DNA of 64,000 bases from Promethearchaeia archaeon (GCA_046483985.1 JAWOCD010000017.1:32001-96000); one strand, 5' to 3'. Positions 40,798 to 50,662 are shown, numbered from the stretch's first letter. Program-made: numbers and translations. The notes: generated by a model not told the origin, from the letters alone.

Positions 40798-40832
40798 GAA
40801 AGAAGTTCTTGTCCTTTAGGTCGGGGATGAAT
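40798..40832 (+). mobile_element. degenerate IS200/IS605-type terminal hairpin (copy 2)
   Basis: gaaagaagttcttgtcctttaggtcggggatgaat aligns with copy 1 gaaagaagtccccatccctttagggaggggatgaat. Confidence 0.55.
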
Positions 40833-40871
40833 AGTATATGCAATCCCTTTTTGGGAGTGCGTGTTCAATAC

Positions 40872-41894
40872 TTACTTCTCAGTAATGATTTCATAAATTT
40901 CATGAATACGAGGGGAATTTTTCCTCATGGAAATACATCTTTCCTCCTCGCATCCCCGAAGAATACTTATCAATTCATTAATATGAATGGTTGGAATATC
41001 CAATCTCTTATTAAATAGATCTTCCATATCATCCCTAAATTTGGGTTTACTTAACGTATATAAACACGTGGGACATGGCATTAAAAGGAAATCAGCTCCG
41101 GCATTTGTAGCACTCTCTAGTTTCTTGAAAGTAACTTTTAATGCATCTTCACTATGTAGTACAATTTGACTTGCCCCCCAACCACAGCACCCCTCATACT
41201 CTTTATAATCTACCGCCTCTCCGCCGAAAAGTGTAACAAAATCTTCCAATTTATGTTTATCCCCTAAATAGGACGTCATATTTTTCTTGTCCCTATCTAA
41301 GTTTAGATAATGGCATCCGTAATGAGAGGCAACTTTTAATCCCTTTAAATCAAACTTCAGAGTACTCAGCACTTGATTCCGGATAAGATAAAGGAAATCC
41401 AAGTCATGAACAATCCTTAAGGCGGGGTTTTCCAGAATTTCGTATTTTTTTTCATAATCTTCATCAAATTCCTCTTTCAACCCGTTTAAGATCTCTTGGG
41501 TCTTCCGATATACCTCTTTTTCCCTCAGAAAATCCCGCCCTCGTAATAATGAATTATAGCAGCCATTACAGGAAACCAAGAGAATATCTGCTTGTCTATT
41601 TATTTCATTCAAGTTTCTCTCATTAATTGCCGCAAATTGAGCTCTCGTGATGAGGTTTCTTTGGAAGAACGTTCCTGAACAGCATGATTGTTTATTACAG
41701 ACACTAACATTTAAATCTAAATCTTCCAATAAGTCATAAATGCCCCATCTTACCCCGGGAAAATATTTTTCCAAACAAGCCTTAAATAAACAGAGCCTTT
41801 TCTCTTGAAAAAACTCAAGAGGGTTATCGGGATATTCTTTGATTATCTCGTCTATATCCAGTGCAAAATTATCGATTTCCATACTCTTCAGCAA
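40872..41894 (-). CDS. hdrB: heterodisulfide reductase subunit B-like (CCG domains)
   Basis: SCCSG..CNGC; HYGCH..CCGWG..CPTC. Confidence 0.85.
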   Translation of the reverse strand: MLKSMEIDNFALDIDEIIKEYPDNPLEFFQEKRLCLFKACLEKYFPGVRWGIYDLLEDLDLNVSVCNKQSCCSGTFFQRNLITRAQFAAINERNLNEINRQADILLVSCNGCYNSLLRGRDFLREKEVYRKTQEILNGLKEEFDEDYEKKYEILENPALRIVHDLDFLYLIRNQVLSTLKFDLKGLKVASHYGCHYLNLDRDKKNMTSYLGDKHKLEDFVTLFGGEAVDYKEYEGCCGWGASQIVLHSEDALKVTFKKLESATNAGADFLLMPCPTCLYTLSKPKFRDDMEDLFNKRLDIPTIHINELISILRGCEEERCISMRKNSPRIHEIYEIITEK

Positions 41895-41906
41895 CTATAC
41901 GTTTAA

Positions 41907-42509
41907 TTATGAATTTTTAGCTGTTTCTTTATTTTCTCTTCTTTGTTTAAGGTTTTCTAATTCTCCATATTTTTCACTTGCCTTAAACACGTATTTTATC
42001 CTGGCGAAGTCGCATATTTTATCAATCTCCTCCATGCGATCAATCGGAATTGCTTCGCCTAAAGGATCCTCTAAAACAGTCCCGTTGGTGAGAAAGCGCT
42101 CCGCCATCTTAACATATTTTGTCAAATCATTATATTTTGGACCATAACCGCGTTTAAAAGATTCATTTCTCAAATTTATTATTAACAGCGGAATATTAAT
42201 CCCTTCTTTGGGACAGACTCGCTTACATCGCTCGCATAAAAAACAATACCAGATATCAGAATCCTTAAGTACACTTGTATCCCCCTTTAATACTTTTTCA
42301 ATAATGTTTCGACTGTTATAATGCGAAATTTTTGCTGCGGGACAATCTCCAACACACCGACCGCAGGATATGCATTGTTGTATGTTTCTGTTTTCGCTTA
42401 CATCATCTACCAGTTCTTTAAAAAAGGTTCTATCCCAATCCTCGTCAGTTTCAATTCTACTATCAAAAATCTTCTCTCCTTTTTCCTCTTTTTCTGACTT
42501 TTCTGACAT
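41907..42509 (-). CDS. hdrC: heterodisulfide reductase subunit C-like
   Basis: CISCGRCVGDCP; IWYCFLCERCKRVCP. Confidence 0.88.
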   Translation of the reverse strand: MSEKSEKEEKGEKIFDSRIETDEDWDRTFFKELVDDVSENRNIQQCISCGRCVGDCPAAKISHYNSRNIIEKVLKGDTSVLKDSDIWYCFLCERCKRVCPKEGINIPLLIINLRNESFKRGYGPKYNDLTKYVKMAERFLTNGTVLEDPLGEAIPIDRMEEIDKICDFARIKYVFKASEKYGELENLKQRRENKETAKNS

Positions 42510-42634
42510 CGTATTATTTTCAATTCTTATTGTTTCTACTTCTAGGAAAAAACATTATTAAATTTTAATTCTCACATTTTTTTGTATAAAAAAATCTCTA
42601 CTATTATCTTATATTTATAACCATTCGGTTAGTT

Positions 42635-44215
42635 TTAATTTTTCTCTAAATTACGTACTCCTAATTTAATTTGCTTGGAGAACATTTCGTTTCCATTCTT
42701 GGAAGGGTTTTGAAATTTGATAATACAGTGGAAAGTAACTTTCCCCTCGTTTTGTTTTGATAAAATGTATTTCCTCTGTAATTTTTCATGGAGATCTAAT
42801 GCTTTAATAAGTTCATTTTTTGCGCTCAGTTTAATTCGGTTAGGTGGTTTCCAATTCAGTCGATAGGAAAAATTTCTGAAAACAACATTACCCTTGTTTC
42901 TAATCGTTAAAGTTAATATGAGTTTTTTATTTTGTCGTCTTATCTTATAGTTGATTTGTAGTATTTGGGAGAAAATATGAGTTTTCAGCGCGAGATCCGA
43001 AAGCTCATCAATATTTTTGATCTGAGCACCGATGTAAGCAGAAGTAGAAAAAGTATTAATTTCATTTATTAGTGCATGGAGATCTTCTGGAAGGAAAGTA
43101 AAATCGAGTAAGTTTTTTAGGGTTTTTTGGGAAAGCATTGTGAAAACCAAAATTAGAAATCGCTCTTTATGCTTTTTGGAGTTCCTGTCTAGTTCGTAAA
43201 GGAGGCTTTTCTCGTAAGATTTAATGAAAATCTTTAACAGAAAATTATATAGTGTACTCTGCTTAGAAGAGGAGAGAAGGAGGCTTTTGGCTGAAAAATC
43301 ATCACATACCCCGAGATAAAATGAAAGGAATTCAAGTCTGTTAATTTTCAAGCCACATTTACCCAAAAACATCAATGTTCGAAAAATATTCTTTAAAAAT
43401 TTAAATGTGTCATTTTTGGAAATGGAATCGGATTCTCTTTGTAAGGTATTAATCATTTTGGCTGTCAATTCTATTTTCTCTTCTCCTAGATTTAGAAAAA
43501 GTTTTTGATTCCCCGTTAAAATTTTGAGAATTAATTTGGTATATCGTCCCCTCGCATAAATATTTGTTAAAAAAATGGCCAAATCATAAATAACAAGATT
43601 CGTTTCCTTGTCTGAAAGTTCTATGAGCAGATACTTTTTCAATAAATGGAAGAAAATCTCCCGATTTATAATAAAATCCAATACTTTTTTCTTATAGAGT
43701 TTGGCCGAAATCTTGAGGACTTTATTTCTTGTATATTTTACCCCTATAGACCTATTTTTCTTTAAATGCATATGGGCATCTGCCTCTATTACAAAAGGGA
43801 GTGTTAGATTTAACCCAAAATTCTGATTTACCTTTGTTAAGCTTCCCGTAAATTTTTTCCGGAAATGCCGGGTTATATCATGTATGGTCGTTTTTTCTTT
43901 TTCTTTTGGTAAGGAGTAGTGTTTTGTAGTGGCTTCCTTGATTTTTTTGAATTTCTTTGACTCCTTCTCAATATTTTCCCCTCCTACCATTTGAGCGTTT
44001 TTAGAGAAAAGATAAACTCTCGCTTTTCTAGCGTATTCCACTAAAACAACAAATTGAATACGTCCGAGTTGCTTGACATCTAATGAAGGAAGGACACCAC
44101 GGGTGAAGATGCTTTTTGCCTTCACTCTTAATACTTTCACGGTTTTCGGTCGTTTCTCTTCATATTCTTTTTGAGCAAATTTTACAATATCCTTTAAGTG
44201 ACTCCTTCCCTTCAT
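42635..44215 (-). CDS. basic hypothetical protein with helical core and C-terminal Ig-like beta domain
   Basis: 526-aa ORF; LTLTIRNKGNVVFRNFSY beta-sandwich pattern. Confidence 0.6.
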   Translation of the reverse strand: MKGRSHLKDIVKFAQKEYEEKRPKTVKVLRVKAKSIFTRGVLPSLDVKQLGRIQFVVLVEYARKARVYLFSKNAQMVGGENIEKESKKFKKIKEATTKHYSLPKEKEKTTIHDITRHFRKKFTGSLTKVNQNFGLNLTLPFVIEADAHMHLKKNRSIGVKYTRNKVLKISAKLYKKKVLDFIINREIFFHLLKKYLLIELSDKETNLVIYDLAIFLTNIYARGRYTKLILKILTGNQKLFLNLGEEKIELTAKMINTLQRESDSISKNDTFKFLKNIFRTLMFLGKCGLKINRLEFLSFYLGVCDDFSAKSLLLSSSKQSTLYNFLLKIFIKSYEKSLLYELDRNSKKHKERFLILVFTMLSQKTLKNLLDFTFLPEDLHALINEINTFSTSAYIGAQIKNIDELSDLALKTHIFSQILQINYKIRRQNKKLILTLTIRNKGNVVFRNFSYRLNWKPPNRIKLSAKNELIKALDLHEKLQRKYILSKQNEGKVTFHCIIKFQNPSKNGNEMFSKQIKLGVRNLEKN

Positions 44216-44287
44216 AATAATTTTAATTAATAATTGGTAATTTTAATTAATAATTAGTAAACCCAAATAAATTTTTAATAAAATTAG

Positions 44288-45172
44288 ATGTGTGTGAAAA
44301 TGTCATTAGATGGTAAAAACGTGATTATTACTGGTTCGGGACGGGGAATAGGAAAGCAGATAGCAAAAGCATGCGCAAAAAAAGGGGCAAATGTGGGAAT
44401 CACCTCTAGAACGTTAGAAGAATTACAACAAGTCAAGGAAGAAATACAAGATATCTCTGATGTCAAGGTAGTTATAAAAACCGCTGATATCACAGATTAC
44501 GATGCTGTGGAACAAATGTTTAAAGAATATCATAAGGATTTAGGAGAGTTGTTTGGGGTGATTGCTAACGCGGGAATGTCTGGGCGATATGACACCCATA
44601 AATTTACAGCAGAAAAATTTGCAAAAATCATAGACGTAAATGTAAACGGGGTCTTTCATACATTTAAGGCATCTTATCCGTATTTAAAGAAGGATAATAA
44701 GAAAGATAAAGCCCGGTTTATTATTACCGGAAGTGCTGCCTATGCAGCGGCAATGCCAAAGTTTGCGGCGTATACTGCCTCTAAATATGCGGTTGTCGGT
44801 CTGCAGAAGGAATTAAATCTCGAATACCGCCGTGAAAACATTAATTTCAATATGGTCTTGCCTACTATGGTTGATACTCAACTTTTACGAGGGGAAAAGG
44901 CAGGTGACGGAAATGCTCCTCCCAGTATCATGGATCCTGAAGATTTAAGAGAGTATTATTTGTTTCTTCTCTCAGAAGATGCAAATCGGGTTTCTGATGA
45001 GTTGATTTTTACAAACGAAGTCAAGGCCTTTAAAAAGGCTCTGAAAGATGCTCCCGATGATTTGCAAGATGATTGGAAGAAATATAAGGATTATCTTAAA
45101 GAAAACGATAAAAGTGCCTACAAAGTGGTTAAAAATTACAAGAAGTTAACCAAGTATCTTTTCAAAAATTAA
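44288..45172 (+). CDS. short-chain dehydrogenase/reductase
   Basis: TGSGRGIG, NAG, YTASK. Confidence 0.92.
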   Translation: MCVKMSLDGKNVIITGSGRGIGKQIAKACAKKGANVGITSRTLEELQQVKEEIQDISDVKVVIKTADITDYDAVEQMFKEYHKDLGELFGVIANAGMSGRYDTHKFTAEKFAKIIDVNVNGVFHTFKASYPYLKKDNKKDKARFIITGSAAYAAAMPKFAAYTASKYAVVGLQKELNLEYRRENINFNMVLPTMVDTQLLRGEKAGDGNAPPSIMDPEDLREYYLFLLSEDANRVSDELIFTNEVKAFKKALKDAPDDLQDDWKKYKDYLKENDKSAYKVVKNYKKLTKYLFKN

Positions 45173-45209
45173 TCATACATTTTTTATTTATTTTCATTCT
45201 TCTTTCTCT

Positions 45210-45797
45210 ATGACTATTGAAAAGCAAAAGATTGCTAAAATTATTCACATTGAGGAGTATATAGACGAGCCTACAAAGTTTTCCCACCTTTTTGAAGTCC
45301 AATTACCACCAGAAAAAATTAATCTATGGAAACCTCGGAGGAATTTCAATATGGGAACGCCCTTAATAGGAGATTTATATCTTGATTTAGAAGAAGAAGA
45401 TATGCTGGAAATCCATCCATTTCCAGAATGGGTTGTTCAACTATATTATCCAGCCAACCAAAAAAGTATCCCTTATCTTGTTGTTCCTAATCTCCCGAAA
45501 GCAAAAATCAGAAAATTAAGAAGAAAATCTATAGATCAAAAAATAGACATTATCGACCAAGAGATTAAACATATTAAGATTGAAAATCTGATCGCTTTTG
45601 AATATAAAGTGGGCATTAACATAATGGTGCGTGCCTTTATCCCTCATTTTTTTATATCATCGCATATAGACAAAGAAAAAGGTGAAAACCCGCCTTATCT
45701 TCAAGTTTTTGAACCTGAACTAAGTGCCTTAACCGAAAACCTTGAAATTAAGACAAGTTATTTCTTTAGGTTACCCTATAAGGTTTATATATCTTAA
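45210..45797 (+). CDS. hypothetical protein
   Basis: 195-aa ORF co-oriented with the SDR gene; no recognised motif. Confidence 0.55.
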   Translation: MTIEKQKIAKIIHIEEYIDEPTKFSHLFEVQLPPEKINLWKPRRNFNMGTPLIGDLYLDLEEEDMLEIHPFPEWVVQLYYPANQKSIPYLVVPNLPKAKIRKLRRKSIDQKIDIIDQEIKHIKIENLIAFEYKVGINIMVRAFIPHFFISSHIDKEKGENPPYLQVFEPELSALTENLEIKTSYFFRLPYKVYIS

Positions 45798-45809
45798 GAG
45801 ACATTCAAA

Positions 45810-46037
45810 TCATTCTTTTAATCTGTTTATAACAAATATATTGATGAGAGAAGGGAGTACAAGCCAAACCAGCAAAATTGAAATTAAAATTTCGCCAAAT
45901 GTACCGGGTGTTCGATAGAAAATATTACTAAAGATATTAATAAGGAAATGAATAAAAATTATCGGAATTAAGCTTAACGTCCATTAGAAAATAATGCCGA
46001 AAACTACTCCCAATATCATGGCGTAAGAAGATTCACT
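45810..46037 (-). pseudogene. C-terminal remnant of a CPBP/CAAX (Rce1/Abi) intramembrane protease
   Basis: manual translation SYAMILGVVFGIIF*WTLSLIPIIFIHFLINIF..RLKE*; HxxxN motif; in-frame TAA at 45984-45986. Confidence 0.6.
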
Positions 46038-46038
46038 A

Positions 46039-47130
46039 TTAGATGATTTCGTAATTTACGGGGAGGCCATCCCTTTGTTTTTCCATAAATTCATTAATCA
46101 ATTTAAGATGTTCTGAAAATTGATTAAAGGAAATTTGTTCATCTTTATATCTCTGAGTTATATTCTGGATGATATAGGCGGGAGTAAATTTAATAAACCG
46201 AATATCGGAGAACAAGATGACCTTCCCTTGCCCTTCAAAAATATAATTCCCCTTGAGTAAATCGTCTAAGACATCTTGTCTATTATTGAGAATATTTAAA
46301 CATTCGTTCACGGTGAGAACTTCGTTTCTCAATTTTTTAATTAAGGAAAATATGGGTTTATCCATTAAAAAGTGCAAGATTCTCTTATTTTCAATTTCGG
46401 ACGTACAGTCGAAGGTTGCGTAAAATTCTTGAAACTCATTTATATACGTATCATACAGTCCCCCATCCTTGTCTGAAATCGTAAGCTCATGGGGAGGGAT
46501 TCTAATACAAGATAAATCCTTTATAAGAAAGTAACAGTTGTCACACCCGGGGATATTTTTCTTTTTAACTAAACCCTCGCGTATAAATGTACTAAGAATT
46601 AAATCAATATTTGAGGTTGAGAATCCATATTGTTTCCTTAAAAGGGATTTCAATTGAATCTTGGAGAGGACCCCTTTTTGGAGAATCTTTAAAATGGTGT
46701 GTTTAATCTTATCGCGGAAAAAACTCAGAAGATTTTCTTCTTTATCTAATTTTGTATAGTTTTTAAGCGTGGTATATGCTTCACTAATAGCCCTTGTAAT
46801 TTTATTGGAATTGATTAACTCCACTAAATTCTTACTTATAATACCGATTATATCTGGATTATCTTGGATTACATCTTTTACATGATCTTGATCTGTATAT
46901 TCCACCATTAAAAAATAAATCTCGCCCTCAAATTTATGGATAACCGAGATATAACTGTGCTCATTTTTCTCTTCAGGGGTATAATTAATCATAGATTCTG
47001 CTTTATTCAATTCGTGTTTTGCCCAGATTTTTAGAAAAAGATCTTTAGAAGGGAAATTATGTTCTGGGGGATACTGGATAATTGCCTCAGGACCTGTAGA
47101 TTTATTCCAATGCACAATTATAAGTCTTAT
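46039..47130 (-). CDS. uDENN/NPRL-type longin + tandem winged-helix protein (probable ATA start at 47130; ORF track starts at GTG 47115)
   Basis: IRLIIVHWNKSTGPEAIIQYP longin beta1-beta2; two WH-like regions; GGGGTGAT SD 5 nt before the ATA. Confidence 0.6.
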   Translation of the reverse strand: MRLIIVHWNKSTGPEAIIQYPPEHNFPSKDLFLKIWAKHELNKAESMINYTPEEKNEHSYISVIHKFEGEIYFLMVEYTDQDHVKDVIQDNPDIIGIISKNLVELINSNKITRAISEAYTTLKNYTKLDKEENLLSFFRDKIKHTILKILQKGVLSKIQLKSLLRKQYGFSTSNIDLILSTFIREGLVKKKNIPGCDNCYFLIKDLSCIRIPPHELTISDKDGGLYDTYINEFQEFYATFDCTSEIENKRILHFLMDKPIFSLIKKLRNEVLTVNECLNILNNRQDVLDDLLKGNYIFEGQGKVILFSDIRFIKFTPAYIIQNITQRYKDEQISFNQFSEHLKLINEFMEKQRDGLPVNYEII

Positions 47131-47132
47131 TT

Positions 47133-48929
47133 CTAATCACCCCTCCCTTCTGCTTTAACCTCAACGAGTTCTGGGATTTCTGGTATCAATTCGAAATATT
47201 TTCTTTGGAAATGCCGTTCAAGAATAGGATCAATCCGTTTTTTCCATAAATTTACATCAACTCCGGAAAAGGCTTTATCTTTAAGAGAGAACTTCCGTTC
47301 AATATCTTCTATAAAATGATCTAACTTATTCCTTAAAATTCGTAATTCTTCTGTTAAAATTAGAGCAAATATCAGTTTCTTGTTTTTGCTGAATCCAAAC
47401 AATATTTTTTTTCCGCCGTGATCGATTACCCTTAATTTTTTTTCTTCTTTCGTAATTTCTTGTAGCATGGTAATGAGTCCGATAAAACCCCCACTTGCTA
47501 AGTCTGATTCTATCGCATCTTCATCAATGGGTTTAAATGACTTTTCATAGAGGAGCATTCCAGATTCATGAATTACAAACAAATGAATGAGATAATCGGG
47601 CCAGTTTTGTTCCTTGGGATTTACTGTTTCCTCAATATTAGAAAGTAGAAAGAGACTAATTATTGAGCCTAAATTAATTACTCCAATTATAAAGATTTCA
47701 CGGGTGTATTTATTCGCAAAAAATGTTGTTGGGATATTCATCGCAGTGAAAAGACCCAGAATGATACTAAAAAGCATAACAGCGAAAGAAATGCCAAATA
47801 CCTTTCCTAAGTCTTTTCGCTCTGTTATGTCACTCATTAACAAGGGAACTGTCATAAAGCTCGCTAAAAATGCAGCAAAAAATACGGTCAGTCCGAAATA
47901 AGGTATATTAATCTCAAATAATCTGAGGAAATTCACAATTGAAATCGCTAAAATGATGCTTGAAACCGTGGTTTTTCTTCCATAAAAATCGAACACAGCA
48001 CCCACACTGATTCCTGTTATTAAAGAAAACGAGACAGCAATAAAGACCACTACAAATGTGAGAACACTTGGCCATTCTCCAAAATAAAAAATCTCAATAT
48101 CTACTATAAAAAAATTGGTAAGCATTCCTATTGTAAAACCAAAAAAGGCGATCATTATGATATATTTGATAATTCGAATATTGATTTCGGTTGAATCTTT
48201 ACCAATAACTATTGGTTTGTAGGGCTTTTCTTCTTCTTTATTTTTATAGAGATAAATAATGGCGCCAATAATGATTAAAACGGGCAGCGTGATAAGGATT
48301 TCATTAGCTATTAAAAAGAACATAATACCTAGGGTAATAATTAGTAAGATAATTAAATATGAATATACACGACCACGTTCTAATATTGTGGTGAAATCAA
48401 TAAAATAAGTCGCTAAAAATATGTAAAGTATCCCTGCAATGACACTATTGGTAAGAAAAAAGAGAGAAGGAACTAAATCTCCGGTTCTTCTAAAGAATCC
48501 TATATGCAAAGTAGTAATTAATACAGATAAGAGTAAAATTTTGAAAAGCAATGGATATCTTTTTCCTTTAACTTTATCTAAAGTAAAGCCGCCGATCAAA
48601 AAACCAATTGCCACACCGATAATAATAAAAAAACCCGATTGTAACGGGAAATTCCTATAAGCTCTCGTACCAAGATCTATGGTCAAAAATATGTCAATCA
48701 TAAGTGTGGAGGCAAAACAAACAGCTATGAGATACAGCGTAAGAAACTGCTTTTTTGTGATTTCGATATCTTTAAATAATCCTTTATACGTCTTCTCCGT
48801 TTGTTTTTTAATATATTCTCTAATTTTCTCTTCATAAATCTCTTTTTCGAGGCTGTGTTTTGAATCCTTAATCTTCTTCTGATTTTGATCCTTCCCGTTT
48901 TCTTGCTGGTTATTTTCCATTTTTTTCAT
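47133..48929 (-). CDS. MFS-fold 12-TM transporter fused to a C-terminal longin domain
   Basis: GFTLDKVKGKR and GAVFDFYGRK motif A; HLFVIHESGMLLYEKSF..DLASGGFIGLITMLQEI..IDHGGKKILF longin. Confidence 0.8.
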   Translation of the reverse strand: MKKMENNQQENGKDQNQKKIKDSKHSLEKEIYEEKIREYIKKQTEKTYKGLFKDIEITKKQFLTLYLIAVCFASTLMIDIFLTIDLGTRAYRNFPLQSGFFIIIGVAIGFLIGGFTLDKVKGKRYPLLFKILLLSVLITTLHIGFFRRTGDLVPSLFFLTNSVIAGILYIFLATYFIDFTTILERGRVYSYLIILLIITLGIMFFLIANEILITLPVLIIIGAIIYLYKNKEEEKPYKPIVIGKDSTEINIRIIKYIIMIAFFGFTIGMLTNFFIVDIEIFYFGEWPSVLTFVVVFIAVSFSLITGISVGAVFDFYGRKTTVSSIILAISIVNFLRLFEINIPYFGLTVFFAAFLASFMTVPLLMSDITERKDLGKVFGISFAVMLFSIILGLFTAMNIPTTFFANKYTREIFIIGVINLGSIISLFLLSNIEETVNPKEQNWPDYLIHLFVIHESGMLLYEKSFKPIDEDAIESDLASGGFIGLITMLQEITKEEKKLRVIDHGGKKILFGFSKNKKLIFALILTEELRILRNKLDHFIEDIERKFSLKDKAFSGVDVNLWKKRIDPILERHFQRKYFELIPEIPELVEVKAEGRGD

Positions 48930-49240
48930 TACTCAGATTTTTTAACGTATGTTTTTATATATCAATGAATTAAAATTGTTTTTTAAATAATTTAGGTAAT
49001 TATTTTTCTTTTACCTTAACCAATATAAGTAATAAATTAACGCTAAAGAAAAAAATTTATTCAACCTATAACCGAGTATATAAGAAATTATGTAGAAGAA
49101 GGGACTGATTCGACTGATATAATATGGGTATAAATAAAAATATTCTTTAAGAAAAAAGAGACTCCCTGGAAAACCCTCCGTAGGAAATTCGGAAGTAAAA
49201 AATCCCAAATTTGATATGGGCGGATGGGGTACATAGAATT

Positions 49241-50662
49241 TCAAGCAGGAATTTCGGCGATATCGTGAGTGGTGTCGTTTAACCAATGTTGCATTAATTT
49301 TAATGTATTTTGAGTCGCTTGAACTTCTGCATAACCCGAAATTTTAGGATCTAGATTACCCCCTACCCCATTTAACACATAATGGGTTCCGTTGATTAGA
49401 TTATGTTCATAAGAATGACCATGTCCAAAAAAGACGAGACTCACATTGAATGTATCGGCTAAATCTGTCACTCGAGGCATCCGATTATTTATGTTATCAT
49501 TCTTTCCCCTGAGTGGCGGAGGATGTAAACATATTATTCTAAAGGTTTTATTCATCGATTTCTGTAAATCTTCTTGGGCCCATTCCAATTGATCATCGTC
49601 CAGTTTATCAAATCCGCCTTCTTCATCCTTCGTAATATTCCATGGATCTAACATCGTAAAATGGATTTGACTATAATTAAATGAGTAATAGAACTGCTTA
49701 TTAGTTTGCCTTTCCAGCGGATAAAATTTTGCAAAAATGTCCCCTTCAGTATCATCAAAGCGTTCATGATTTCCTACAACGTCTACTAGAGGAGCAGAAG
49801 AAGCTAATTCACTATGTACAGAAATATCATCAAACCATGATTTCCAAGTAGGATAACGGGTTCCCTTCGAAGTAATATCTCCGGTGACGATGGTAAACTC
49901 TGGAAAGTTACCCTCCGAAGTGGCTTTTTCAGCCATATATTTGGGAACATTAGGCCCGAGCAAGCAACCTAGATCAGCACTATTTTGTCTAGGATCTGAA
50001 AAAACCAAAAAATTGAAGGAAGAATTAAGTGAAGGAGCAGTCATGAAGCTATGGATGGTTTCATCAAATTCGTTTATCCGATAATAGTAGGTAGTATTGG
50101 GATTCAATCCGGTTATGCCGATTTGATGCCATTCGACCAATTCACTATCCTCCGATATATTCAGAGAACTTTCACTAAATTCCTTATCCGAGGTAAAACT
50201 TATACTTGATTTGGCTGGATCCACTGTTCGCCACATTATTGTGACCTCTGTTGAAGGGTCTTGACCAGAACCCCAAGTTAATATGGGTCCAGTATTATAA
50301 TGCCTCGCACTATAGAAAAAATTGATCTCCCAGATACCAATTGTGCTTGCTGTAATACCAATGATTAGAAAAAAAATAAAGGTCGCTGGCCAGATTTTCT
50401 CTACGTTTTCTTTTTTCTTGATTTTTAAAATCATCACTCGAATGGAAATAAATACCATTCCAATGATAAAAATTGCTACAGCAGGAAGGATGATCCCTAC
50501 AATATTAAATCCAGAAAGGTATAAATATTCCGCATAGGCAGATAAAAATAAGGGTAAAATAATTAGAAAAGCTAGCGGAACAATTAAACTGATTTTAAGT
50601 AAAGTTAACTTAAATTTTGTAGATCTGAAAATCTTCATATGATGTGTAAAACGTGAATCCAA
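49241..50662 (-). CDS. membrane-anchored purple-acid-phosphatase-like metallophosphoesterase (FN3 + catalytic)
   Basis: 3 TMs; GLNPNTTYYY; SDPR, TGDI, GNHE, HPPP, GHGHSYE. Confidence 0.85.
   Translation of the reverse strand: MDSRFTHHMKIFRSTKFKLTLLKISLIVPLAFLIILPLFLSAYAEYLYLSGFNIVGIILPAVAIFIIGMVFISIRVMILKIKKKENVEKIWPATFIFFLIIGITASTIGIWEINFFYSARHYNTGPILTWGSGQDPSTEVTIMWRTVDPAKSSISFTSDKEFSESSLNISEDSELVEWHQIGITGLNPNTTYYYRINEFDETIHSFMTAPSLNSSFNFLVFSDPRQNSADLGCLLGPNVPKYMAEKATSEGNFPEFTIVTGDITSKGTRYPTWKSWFDDISVHSELASSAPLVDVVGNHERFDDTEGDIFAKFYPLERQTNKQFYYSFNYSQIHFTMLDPWNITKDEEGGFDKLDDDQLEWAQEDLQKSMNKTFRIICLHPPPLRGKNDNINNRMPRVTDLADTFNVSLVFFGHGHSYEHNLINGTHYVLNGVGGNLDPKISGYAEVQATQNTLKLMQHWLNDTTHDIAEIPA

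Noticed and set aside
49011-49286. 91-aa ORF upstream of the MFS-longin gene
   Set aside because: Overlaps the phosphatase 3' end out of frame, with low-complexity Tyr/Phe composition from AT-rich DNA
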